From Bacillota bacterium (GTDB lineage Bacteria; Bacillota; Dethiobacteria; DTU022; UBA8154), in the NCBI GenBank assembly GCA_012728375.1, contig JAAYFF010000009.1, positions 8,940 through 72,939 on the forward strand: 64,000 nt of DNA, in the 5' to 3' direction. A program made the position numbers and the translations under genes. Shown here in pieces: positions 8,757-17,684 of the stretch (position 1 is its first letter; each line of letters starts with the position of its first letter). The notes beneath the pieces were generated by a model that ran no database searches, was not told the DNA's origin, and saw nothing but the letters and a program-made list of their open reading frames with translations.

Positions 8757-10340
8757 ATGAGTTTTTCGAGAATAAATTCCAGTGCCGCAACCCTTTCCAA
8801 AAACAGGACGGAAGAATCTATTAACCACCTGAGCGGGATGTGTGTCACCTGCATTGACGGTTGCATCGGAATGTGCGAAGTGGGCAAATCCGCATACCGC
8901 GGGCATGAGGTCCTCTATCCGCAGCCCTTTGGGCTGATCAGCACTGCTTCGGAGAAGAAATATCCCCTTGACTATTCCCATTTTTCTATTATGGGCACGG
9001 CAACGGGGGCAGTGGGCATCGAACCCGACAGCGACAAGGCCATTTTTTCCTCGGTAAACCTGGAGACGAGGCTGGGCCGCGACAAGGGCATAAAATTAAG
9101 ATTACCGATCATAATTTCCGCGATGGGTTCAACCCGCGTGGCGAGCATGAACTGGGACGGGCTTGCGGTGGGAGCAGCCCTGGCGGGAATAATCGTCACC
9201 ATCGGCGAAAATGTCTGCGGCATGGACCCGCAAGTGGAGATCAAAAACGGCAAGGTCGTCAAAAGCCCGGAACTGGAGAGGAGGGTTAAGCTCTTCCAGC
9301 AGTGGCAGATGGACGGTTACGGGGATGTAATTGTTCAGGCGAATGTGGAAGACACAAACCTGGGAGTGCAGGAGTATGCCATTCGTGAGCTCGGCGTCCG
9401 CACCGTGGAGATGAAATGGGGGCAGGGCGCAAAGGATATCGGCGGAGAGGTAAAGATAAACGATCTGGAACGGGCCGTCACCTTAAAGAAAAGGGGATAT
9501 ATCGTGCTCCCTGATCCGGAAAATCCTCAGGTGGTGGAGGAGTTCAAGCGGGGCGCGTTCAAAGAATTCGAACGCCATTCCCGGGTCGGCATGGCTGATG
9601 AGGAATCCTTTGTCCGCCGCGTCGAAGAGCTGCGCAACGCGGGGGCCAAGTATATTTCCCTGAAGACGGGAGCCTACCGGCCGGCTGATCTGGCCCGGGC
9701 CATCAAGTTCTGTTCCGTGGCCGGAGTGGATCTTCTCATTCTGGACGGGGCCGGCGGAGGGACGGGCATGAGCCCCTGGAGAATGATGAACGAGTGGGGA
9801 GTCCCGCCCGTGGAGCTCCATTCTCTCGCGTACAAAATGTGCTCCACCCTGGCTGCGAAGGGTAAATACGTGCCGGACCTGGTCTTTTCGGGTGGCTTTT
9901 CCATGGAAGACCAGATGTTCAAGGGGCTGGCCCTCGGCGCGCCGTACGTGAAGTGCATCGGTATGGCCCGTGCGCCCCTAGCCGCAGCCATGGTGGCAAA
10001 AACAATCGGGCGGCAGATTGGCGAGGAAAACTTGCCCGTTTATGTGGAGCGCTTCGGAAGGACCAGGGAACAGATCTTTGTGACTGCTGCAGAACTGAAG
10101 AATATGCTGGGCAGCGAAAAATATGCCGAAGTTCCCACGGCTGCCATGGGCGTTTTCACCTACTGCGAGAGGCTGTCCCAGGGGCTCAGGCAGATTATGT
10201 GCGGAAGCCGCAAATTTGCTTTGGAATACATTTCCAGAGATGATATTGCCTCGCTGACCAAGGAGGCGGCTGAAGCCAGCGGCATTACCTATATTATGGA
10301 GACGGACGGGGAAGAAATAGAAAGAATTTTAGAAGGCTGA
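8757..10340 (+). CDS. Glutamate synthase FMN-domain (GltB domain 2 / PF01645-like) oxidoreductase with N-terminal Cys cluster
   Basis: GAGGGTGMSPW-type FMN/TIM-barrel motifs and an N-terminal CVTCIDGCIGMC. A GGGAGG RBS sits 10 nt before ATG 8757. An alternative ATG at 8739 overlaps the upstream stop. Confidence 0.7.
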   Translation: MSFSRINSSAATLSKNRTEESINHLSGMCVTCIDGCIGMCEVGKSAYRGHEVLYPQPFGLISTASEKKYPLDYSHFSIMGTATGAVGIEPDSDKAIFSSVNLETRLGRDKGIKLRLPIIISAMGSTRVASMNWDGLAVGAALAGIIVTIGENVCGMDPQVEIKNGKVVKSPELERRVKLFQQWQMDGYGDVIVQANVEDTNLGVQEYAIRELGVRTVEMKWGQGAKDIGGEVKINDLERAVTLKKRGYIVLPDPENPQVVEEFKRGAFKEFERHSRVGMADEESFVRRVEELRNAGAKYISLKTGAYRPADLARAIKFCSVAGVDLLILDGAGGGTGMSPWRMMNEWGVPPVELHSLAYKMCSTLAAKGKYVPDLVFSGGFSMEDQMFKGLALGAPYVKCIGMARAPLAAAMVAKTIGRQIGEENLPVYVERFGRTREQIFVTAAELKNMLGSEKYAEVPTAAMGVFTYCERLSQGLRQIMCGSRKFALEYISRDDIASLTKEAAEASGITYIMETDGEEIERILEG

Positions 10341-10354
10341 GGAGGCGCGTGAGA

Positions 10355-10843
10355 ATGTATTCAAAGCTGGTAGAGCGTGTCACCAATATGCTTGAGGATT
10401 CTTTGCGGTATTCTGAAGAAAAACTCGGAGAAATCAATGCCCTGGAACTTTTAAAAAAGAACGATACCGAAGCTCTCGGCTATTTTCGTTACTCGCTGGC
10501 CATGCAGGCCGGCAATTTTCTGGGAGAGAACAGCGAACACGTTTTGGAAGTCTTCGTCTGCCCTGAAGAGGCAGACGAAGAAATAACGGCAACCCTGCCG
10601 CTGACATTAGTTGTGCGCGTAGAAAAGCATACCGCGGCACTGGCATCAATTGCAGAGGCTTTACAAAACGTTCTTCTTGAAGAATACCGGAAGTTGCTTT
10701 CTCCCCTTGCCGACAATCTCGCCCTTTTCTTAAAAGTTTATTTTGTGGATGAAGATGATTTTCTGAGGCGAAAAGGCCTGGCCGCAGCTGTCGGATCTCT
10801 GTATGCCCCGGCGCTTCGGGTCTGGAGACGGAGTTTCGTCTAA
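10355..10843 (+). CDS. Hypothetical protein (163 aa), co-oriented with the oxidoreductase cluster
   Basis: ORF with a GAGGAGG RBS. I recognise no domain. Confidence 0.5.
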   Translation: MYSKLVERVTNMLEDSLRYSEEKLGEINALELLKKNDTEALGYFRYSLAMQAGNFLGENSEHVLEVFVCPEEADEEITATLPLTLVVRVEKHTAALASIAEALQNVLLEEYRKLLSPLADNLALFLKVYFVDEDDFLRRKGLAAAVGSLYAPALRVWRRSFV

Positions 10844-10919
10844 AAAGTTTTTGTGTTATAATTGAAGGACAGGCCCGGCAGGGGCGTCAATAAAGCGTAA
10901 AGGGCAGTGAGATGCACGG

Positions 10920-12203
10920 ATGGGGCATCGCCATAAGAAGCGTTGCAGCTTATTTAAAAGATATCCGGTAGCTTTATTTTACCGAAAACTCCTGGAAGCG
11001 TTCGACCTGGACGGTTTTCTTCCTCAAGTAGCTTTCCTATTAAGGGAGGCTGTGCCGGAAATTGACGCTGCTGTTGTTTACCTTTATGATAATGCCGGGA
11101 AGCGGCTTGTGCCGGTTTCAGCCTGCGGCTGTGAACTGAAGGATGTCCGGGAGGTACATTTTGAGACAGAGACATCTCTGGTGGGGAAGGCTTTTAGCCG
11201 GGGAAGGCCTTTCCTGCAGAGGGAACAGGAAGCTGCCAAAGTCCTTGCACAGTATTTTAAACCCGCATCATGTGCACATTTCAGACCCGGCCAAATTGTG
11301 TCCTTATTTTGCGTTCCCATGGATCTTAGCGATGGTACCCGCTTCGGGTGCCTTCTGTTTTTCAGCGCGGCTAAAAATACTTTTTCACCCCGGCGTGCCG
11401 CTTTTTTAAAAAGGGCGGCAAAAATTATGGGACTTTTCATCTATAAGGCGCAGACTTTAAAACAAAGCCAGGAGAAAAAATATTCCAGTTTAGTATGCAC
11501 CCTCTCCCACGAGCTGCGCACCCCTTTGACCTGCATCAAGGGTTACGCAACAACGCTGCTCAGCAGGGAAGGGCAGTGGAGCAGGGATGAGGAGCAAGAG
11601 TTTTTAAAAATTATCGACGCGGAGGCCGACACGATGAAAGAGCTGATCAATGACTTGATGGATTCTTCCATGATCGAATCCGGCCTGCTCAGCGTCCATA
11701 AAGAACCGGTGCTTTTGCCGCGCATTATCAGCAAAGCTGTTGATGATGCGCGGCTGCGCACGACAAAACATAAATTTGTCGTCAGCATCCCAAGGGATTT
11801 TCCGGTGATAGAGGCTGATCCGGTCCGCACCAGGCAGGTTTTGGACAACCTCCTGGAAAACGCCATCAAGTATTCTCCCGAGGGAGGCCTTATTGTTGTG
11901 CAGTGCCGCATTGACCGCGGGGAGGTAATACTGAGCGTCGCGGATGAAGGTATGGGCATTGCACCGGAACATTTGAACCGCCTTTTTGAAAAATTTTATC
12001 GCGTGAAGTCGGATCTTGCCGGAACCGGGTTGGGGTTACCCGTTGCCTGTGAAATTGTGGAAAAACAGGGCGGAAGAATTTGGGCAAAAAGTACCCCCGG
12101 CAAGGGCAGCACCTTTTATTTTACCCTGCCCCTTACTCCCATGGACCAGGTTCCGGAAGAGGAGGAGTGTCCCGTTGAAGAAACAAACCATCCTGGTTGT
12201 TGA
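10920..12203 (+). CDS. Sensor histidine kinase (cytoplasmic GAF-like domain + HisKA + HATPase_c)
   Basis: H-box SHELRTPL, and the N, G1 and G2 boxes (DNLLENAIKYSP, DEGMGI, GTGLGL). There are no TM segments. Confidence 0.8.
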   Translation: MGHRHKKRCSLFKRYPVALFYRKLLEAFDLDGFLPQVAFLLREAVPEIDAAVVYLYDNAGKRLVPVSACGCELKDVREVHFETETSLVGKAFSRGRPFLQREQEAAKVLAQYFKPASCAHFRPGQIVSLFCVPMDLSDGTRFGCLLFFSAAKNTFSPRRAAFLKRAAKIMGLFIYKAQTLKQSQEKKYSSLVCTLSHELRTPLTCIKGYATTLLSREGQWSRDEEQEFLKIIDAEADTMKELINDLMDSSMIESGLLSVHKEPVLLPRIISKAVDDARLRTTKHKFVVSIPRDFPVIEADPVRTRQVLDNLLENAIKYSPEGGLIVVQCRIDRGEVILSVADEGMGIAPEHLNRLFEKFYRVKSDLAGTGLGLPVACEIVEKQGGRIWAKSTPGKGSTFYFTLPLTPMDQVPEEEECPVEETNHPGC

Positions 12204-12888
12204 TGATGAGTTGCGGGTGGCAAGGCTTATCCAGGCAAACCTGGAGGCAGGGGGGTACGCGGTGTCCTGCGCTTATGACGGCAGCGAGGCAGTACGCAAA
12301 GCCGCGGTTGAAAATCCGGACTTGATTATTCTCGATATTATTTTGCCCGGGGAGTTTGACGGGTATGATGTGTGCAGGCGCATTCGCTCTTTCTCCGGAG
12401 TGCCGATTATTATGCTTACTGCCAAGGCCCTGGAAAAAGACAAGGTTCGCGGCTTTGAGGCGGGCGCGGATGATTACCTGACCAAACCTTTTGGCTCGCA
12501 GGAACTTTTATCGCGCGTCAAAGCAGTTTTGCGCCGTGCGGGAGGGGAGCAGCAAAAAGGGCTGCAGGCACAGGGCAGCGCTTCTTTGAAATGCGATGCT
12601 TTGGAGATCGATTTCGTCCAAGCCTCTGTTGTGAGATCCGGCCGGAAAGTGAAACTTACCCCCACTGAATTTCGCCTGCTGAGCGAACTGGCCAGGTACC
12701 CGAACCAGCTTATTTCCCACGAGGATCTCCTTACCCGGGTCTGGGGTCCGGAGTACCGGGACGAGAGGGATTACCTGAGGGCTTACATTTGGCACCTCCG
12801 GAAGAAAATTGAGGAGGACCCCTCCAAGCCGAAATTTATTCTTTCCCGTACCGGTCTGGGATATATGCTTAAATTTCCTTTATGTTAA
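12175..12888 (+). CDS. OmpR-family response regulator
   Basis: REC domain (ILVVDDE...D...K) plus a winged-helix trans_reg_C domain. The TTG start, with a GGAGGAG RBS, overlaps the kinase 3' end by 29 nt. The ORF-track start at 12016 is rejected. Confidence 0.8.
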   Translation: MKKQTILVVDDELRVARLIQANLEAGGYAVSCAYDGSEAVRKAAVENPDLIILDIILPGEFDGYDVCRRIRSFSGVPIIMLTAKALEKDKVRGFEAGADDYLTKPFGSQELLSRVKAVLRRAGGEQQKGLQAQGSASLKCDALEIDFVQASVVRSGRKVKLTPTEFRLLSELARYPNQLISHEDLLTRVWGPEYRDERDYLRAYIWHLRKKIEEDPSKPKFILSRTGLGYMLKFPLC

Positions 12889-12893
12889 GGTGA

Positions 12894-13142
12894 GGGACAC
12901 ACCTCTTTCAGAGGAATGTCATTTACACTAATGTAAAGGGACACACCTCTTTCAGAGGAATGTCATTTACACTAATGTAAAGGGACACACCTCTTTCAGA
13001 GGAATGTCATTTACACTAATGTGCAGGGACATACCTCTTTCAGAGGAATGTCATTTACACTAATGTGCAGGGACATACCTCTTTCAGAGGAATGTCATTT
13101 ACACTAATGTAAAGGGACACACCTCTTTCAGAGGAATGTCCC
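12894..13142. repeat. Tandem array: 5 full + 1 partial copies of a 44-bp unit (family B: 28-bp GGGACACACCTCTTTCAGAGGAATGTCC hairpin + 16-bp TTTACACTAATGTAAA hairpin)
   Basis: Exact 44-bp periodicity, with units starting at 12894, 12938, 12982, 13026, 13070 and 13114. Units 3-4 carry co-varying substitutions (GGGACATACC / ..ATGTGCA). Confidence 0.95.
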
Positions 13143-13157
13143 TAAGTTTCGCCTTTT

Positions 13158-14009
13158 TTACCAAAGTTTCTGCATAAGTTCTGTGGCCAGGATGACGAAC
13201 TGGGAGCAGGGAAGAAAGATGAGCTGGCCGAGAAGGGTTCCCAGGATTTTTCCGGTAACCAGGCAGGTGACCATCGCGTTCAGCTCCCAGGGCTTTCTCT
13301 TTCCGGCCATGACCTGGTCGGTTATCAGGGAAGCATAAGGATCGATAAAAAAGGTGAGCAAAACGGTGCTGAAGCCGTTAAGGACCCCGGACATCTGGCT
13401 GGCGGTAAGGCGGTAATCCGGAACCAGGGCTCCGGCATAAATTGCTGAGAGGACTCCGGTGGTATTGATGGAAGCCACAAGGATGGTTAGCAATAAAATG
13501 CGCTTGACGAAGACCCTGTCCTTCAGGAGCAGCAGGTGGGAAAGGCGGGGGCGGCGGACGCTTTTTTCCAGGCGGTGATGGATCTTTTTAAAAAAATTAT
13601 CCGTATTGATCAGGCGAAGGAGCATGACACCCATGGACTCGCTTTTTTCCAGCAATCCGGTAAGGTAAATAAAAATGTGGATAAAAGTGGGAATAAGCGA
13701 GGCCGCCAGGAGACTGCCCAGGGTTGCCGAAAGGAGGATGCCGCGGATTGCTTCGGCCAAAAGGGCGGTATTTCCCGAGAGAATGGTCTCATCCACAAAA
13801 TAGCCGAGGAGGGGTGCCTGGACAAGGTTGGCCGTACGGGCCAGCAGGACGAGAACGCTGAACAGCGAGGCAGCCAGGTAAAGCCTCCTCGTCCTGATCC
13901 CGGCTATGCGGGCGCTGTAGGAGAGGGTCTCCACCATATGGATAACCCCTGTTAAAAGGCAGATTAAAAGCAGTCTTTCCGCTTCAGCGGATCCTGCGGG
14001 TATTAACAT
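13158..14009 (-). CDS. Integral membrane protein, probable lipid II flippase Amj (DUF2837) family
   Basis: Polytopic membrane protein. The N-terminal HMVETLSYSARIAGIRT...ARTAN pattern resembles Amj/YdaH. Confidence 0.45.
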   Translation of the reverse strand: MLIPAGSAEAERLLLICLLTGVIHMVETLSYSARIAGIRTRRLYLAASLFSVLVLLARTANLVQAPLLGYFVDETILSGNTALLAEAIRGILLSATLGSLLAASLIPTFIHIFIYLTGLLEKSESMGVMLLRLINTDNFFKKIHHRLEKSVRRPRLSHLLLLKDRVFVKRILLLTILVASINTTGVLSAIYAGALVPDYRLTASQMSGVLNGFSTVLLTFFIDPYASLITDQVMAGKRKPWELNAMVTCLVTGKILGTLLGQLIFLPCSQFVILATELMQKLW

Positions 14010-14184
14010 TTATTTTCCCCCTCCTTAACTTATATGCGCATCCTTGCGGTTTTATTTCTGCCGCAAAAGGACAAGCGAAGCAGGGGGACTGTTCCATCGT
14101 CTTCCTTCGCTTCGCTACGGAGACGCTCGTACCGTCCCCGCAGCTTCACTTATTTATTTACCTCTGTTACTCTTTTTTTTAAGT

Positions 14185-15588
14185 TTATTCGTTGCGAATG
14201 GCCACCATGGGGCTGACGCGAATAGCGCGGCTGGCTGGATACAGCCCTGCTGCCAGGCCGATAAAGATGGAAAAAACCAGGGCAAAGCCGGCCAGCCAGA
14301 CGGGGATAACGGAGATATTGGTGGCAGGGCCGCCCATACCCCGCTGGATATAATCCGCGCTGATGCGGTTAATAATCTCCGAGGCTCCGTAACTGAGGCC
14401 AAGGCCGAGGATTCCCCCGAAAAGACCGATCAGCGCGGCTTCCATCAGGAAGATGGAGCGGATATCGGCAAAGGAAGCGCCGATGACCTTCATAATGCCG
14501 ATTTCCCTGGTGCGCTCGTAAATGGACATGATCATCGTGTTCGTAATTCCCAGGGCAGCTACGAACAGGGTAATTCCGCCGATTCCTCCCAGGATGGCCT
14601 GCATGGTGCGGGAAGTGTTTTCAATACCTTCAAGGGAATCGGCCATGGACCAGGCATTATAGCCCCTTTCCCGCAGCTCTTTGGAGATTTCTTTGGTCTG
14701 CGCGACATCTTTGGTCCTGACCATGATGGAATTATAATCGTTGCTCCGGTCTTCCCTGCGGTTTCCCCGAGATCCGGAAGCCCTGCCGGTGGAGACCATC
14801 ACTCCGCCTCCGGAGATTATTACTTCTTTGGCCATGGGTCCCAGCATTTGTTTGGAGCTGTTTGCGCCCTGCATCATAAAATCCCGCATCCTTTTAATGT
14901 CATGAATGGACCCGTAGACTTGCCAGGAACGGTCCATGTTTGTTTCATCCAGGATACCTACGACGAATAAATTTTGTTTGCGCTCGTTACCCGCCTGATT
15001 GCGGATGGTAAGCCGGATCCGTTGCTCAAGCAGTTCCGCGGGGTCCTGCTGCTGTGGCCCTTCCCCCATCATCCCGCCTCCGCGTCTGGCAGCCCGTTCG
15101 TCCCAGAAGTTATTGATGACCTGCGATCCGGCTACAATGGCGAAGCGGTCCTCCGGAGTAAGGAGCCTGCCGTGGGAGACGGTAAATTCCAGCTCTTCCA
15201 TTGCTGCGGGGTCAATTCCCACGATGCTCAGGTAGCCTTTTTTTCGGCCTAATTGAGCCTCCCCGTCAATATTGTACACCGGAGAAACGGCGGTAACGCC
15301 CGGGATGGCTTTCAACTCTTCGACGGTTTCATCGGTCATACGTTTTTCTTCACCCGTGGGATTGCCGTTTTCGTCATATCGCATCCCGGGATGGACGTTG
15401 ATAATGTTCAGGCTTCCCCACTGGGCCATACTTTTTTCCATGCTGACCCTAAGCCCGATTCCCAGCGAGATCATCACTACGATGGAGGCGGTCCCAATGA
15501 CGACCCCCAGGCAGGTGAGGATGGTGCGGGCTTTGCGGCGCCATAAATTCTTGTTTGCCATCAGAAGTAGATCTCTTTTACGCATCAA
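14185..15588 (-). CDS. ABC transporter permease, FtsX/MacB-like with large periplasmic domain
   Basis: N-terminal TM, a long extracytoplasmic domain and a C-terminal 3-TM FtsX domain. It overlaps the upstream gene by 11 nt. Confidence 0.8.
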   Translation of the reverse strand: MMRKRDLLLMANKNLWRRKARTILTCLGVVIGTASIVVMISLGIGLRVSMEKSMAQWGSLNIINVHPGMRYDENGNPTGEEKRMTDETVEELKAIPGVTAVSPVYNIDGEAQLGRKKGYLSIVGIDPAAMEELEFTVSHGRLLTPEDRFAIVAGSQVINNFWDERAARRGGGMMGEGPQQQDPAELLEQRIRLTIRNQAGNERKQNLFVVGILDETNMDRSWQVYGSIHDIKRMRDFMMQGANSSKQMLGPMAKEVIISGGGVMVSTGRASGSRGNRREDRSNDYNSIMVRTKDVAQTKEISKELRERGYNAWSMADSLEGIENTSRTMQAILGGIGGITLFVAALGITNTMIMSIYERTREIGIMKVIGASFADIRSIFLMEAALIGLFGGILGLGLSYGASEIINRISADYIQRGMGGPATNISVIPVWLAGFALVFSIFIGLAAGLYPASRAIRVSPMVAIRNE

Positions 15589-17650
15589 AGAACTCCCCGT
15601 TACGTTTTTTCAAACTTCGCCTGCGCAGGAAGAAGCCTCCGGCTGCAGCAGCGATGACCACGGCGATAACCAGCCAAATATGTCTTTTCGAACCACCCTC
15701 CCCGGGTGCCCCCGGCCCTTTTACTCCCGGCGGCATTTCCCCATCCGGGAAAGGTTCCCTTTCCATCATGGGCATAACCTCAATTTGAAAGGGCTCCACA
15801 ACCTGGACCTCCCGGTTGTTATTATCTATGTAGGAAAAGATCAGTTCTCCCTCCAGGGTTCCCTCCTGTTCCGGGTAGATGATTCCCTGGTAATAATCGC
15901 TCATCCCGATTCCCAGGTTGCCCACGAAATAGGAGGCCCCCTCCTTGCGAAAATCTCCCTCCATCATGACGATGAAGTTGCCCAGGTCTACTTTTCCTAC
16001 GTTGACGAATTCCGCGCCGACAAACGCGGGCTGTCCGACGAAAGCCGCGGGCGGAACCTCGATGGAAAGAACCTGCAGCCTGCTTTCCTGGGTGACGGGG
16101 ATGTTGACCATTTCTTCTACTTCATAGGATTTGGCATTTCCATCCTCGTATTCAATAGTCACAGGGACGACATACGTCTTTGCCGTTGCGTTGGGGTCCA
16201 CTAGCAAGTCCAGGCTCTGCTCCAAAACGGTTTTAGAGGGGATCTCCTCGATAAAGAAGCTGTTGCTGCTGTTGACCGGCGAGAAAACCGTTCCCCCGCT
16301 TGTGGTGGAACTGCTGCCCGTTTCCTCAACCATGAGTATCCCCAGGGAAACCTTGATATTGTGGACCGGACGTGAGTGCGTGTTTTCGATAAAAAGGCTG
16401 AGGGTGACGATATTGCCTGCCAGTATTTTCTCCTCGGAAAGGGTATATTTGCTGATCAGAACTCGTGGCTCTCCCGCGGCAGCGCCCAGCCCCACCTGGG
16501 AGGCGGCGATGCCCAGAGTTTCCGTTGAAGCCGGGACAGGATTCCGATTGGCATCTTTATACTCTATCTTGATGTTTAGGGGAAGGTGGGAAGCTTCAGT
16601 ATCTGTGTTGATACCGAGCAAATATTCAATTTCAATTTCTTGCTTTGCATCAATTTGAGGAAAATAATTAACATTAGACCCGCCTAACACAAAGATGGCA
16701 TTGCCTCCATCCAACGCGAAGACAATATCTTTTGCTGCTTGGCCACCTGTATTTTGCAATATTAGTTTTAAAAGGTATTCTTTATCATTTGTTTTCTGTA
16801 AAGCATAGGATTTTGTTTTTAAAAAGGGACTACTGCCCGAGCTTGCTTGATCTAGGGGAAGATTTATAAAAAGCTCGCTGGTTGCCTTAGTTCCTGCGGA
16901 ATATTCATAAGCAAACGATAATTTAATTCTATTATCTTCCTTGTTTTCTTTGCTTTTTAAAGTAAAACCAAGAGAGGTGTTCGCATTTTTAACGATGTTT
17001 GGCAGGAACTTGCGGTTAGTTATGTCAACAATGTCAAAATTATTTAAACCGTCGATTTCAACATTGACATTTCGGGCTTCAATATTGCTGTAATTGTCAA
17101 AAGAAAAAAGTGCGGTAAACTTTTCAGTTAGTGTGGGGACTGCAGGATCAAGAGTTACTTTATTAACGGTAATATTGGGAGTAGAGAGATCGAAAGAGTC
17201 AGGCAAGGGAAGATTTACGGTGAGTGTTTGTGATCCTGATCTGATGGTCTCATTTCTATAATCATCATAGTCATAAGTAAAACTTAATGTAACAGTATTT
17301 TCTTTTCGTTCTTCCTTACTTTTAAGGGTGAAGGAGATGGAGCTTGCAGAACCTCCTCCGGAAATACTATTTTTGAACTGAAAGTTAGTGAGCCCGATAA
17401 CCTCAAAATTCCCCTGGCCATTGATTTCAACCCGGACATTGCGCGCATCAAGAGGGCTTATATTGCTAATTGAAAATTTGGCGGTAAAAGGTTCGAAAGG
17501 TTTAGGGTTTTCAGGCTCGATGGTTACTCTTTCGACTGACAGAAAAGGGTAGTCAGGTGCAGCTATTAGTACTTGACCTGATACATTAGAAGGCAGGATC
17601 TGGAGGATAAAAAAGCTTACCATTAACAAGAAAAGTAAAAATCTGTTCAT
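15578..17650 (-). CDS. Secreted/membrane-anchored repeat protein with CARDB/COG1361-like Ig-fold domains (ABC-transporter-associated)
   Basis: Signal peptide, about five beta-rich repeat domains of which the first two are a clear tandem duplication, and a C-terminal TM anchor followed by RRRSLKKR. Confidence 0.65.
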   Translation of the reverse strand: MNRFLLFLLMVSFFILQILPSNVSGQVLIAAPDYPFLSVERVTIEPENPKPFEPFTAKFSISNISPLDARNVRVEINGQGNFEVIGLTNFQFKNSISGGGSASSISFTLKSKEERKENTVTLSFTYDYDDYRNETIRSGSQTLTVNLPLPDSFDLSTPNITVNKVTLDPAVPTLTEKFTALFSFDNYSNIEARNVNVEIDGLNNFDIVDITNRKFLPNIVKNANTSLGFTLKSKENKEDNRIKLSFAYEYSAGTKATSELFINLPLDQASSGSSPFLKTKSYALQKTNDKEYLLKLILQNTGGQAAKDIVFALDGGNAIFVLGGSNVNYFPQIDAKQEIEIEYLLGINTDTEASHLPLNIKIEYKDANRNPVPASTETLGIAASQVGLGAAAGEPRVLISKYTLSEEKILAGNIVTLSLFIENTHSRPVHNIKVSLGILMVEETGSSSTTSGGTVFSPVNSSNSFFIEEIPSKTVLEQSLDLLVDPNATAKTYVVPVTIEYEDGNAKSYEVEEMVNIPVTQESRLQVLSIEVPPAAFVGQPAFVGAEFVNVGKVDLGNFIVMMEGDFRKEGASYFVGNLGIGMSDYYQGIIYPEQEGTLEGELIFSYIDNNNREVQVVEPFQIEVMPMMEREPFPDGEMPPGVKGPGAPGEGGSKRHIWLVIAVVIAAAAGGFFLRRRSLKKRNGEFFDA

Positions 17651-17684
17651 CTTGACACTCCTTTTAATATGGATTTAAGTTATT

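Noticed and set aside
12016-12174. Upstream extension of the response regulator
   Set aside because: It overlaps the kinase C-terminus in another frame. The REC domain begins at the TTG at 12175, which has a GGAGGAG RBS.
12894-13142. Tandem repeat array as a CRISPR array
   Set aside because: The intervening 16-bp segments are identical, or near-identical, between units and are themselves palindromic, so the periodicity is a simple 44-bp tandem repeat with no unique spacers. No cas genes are in the window.
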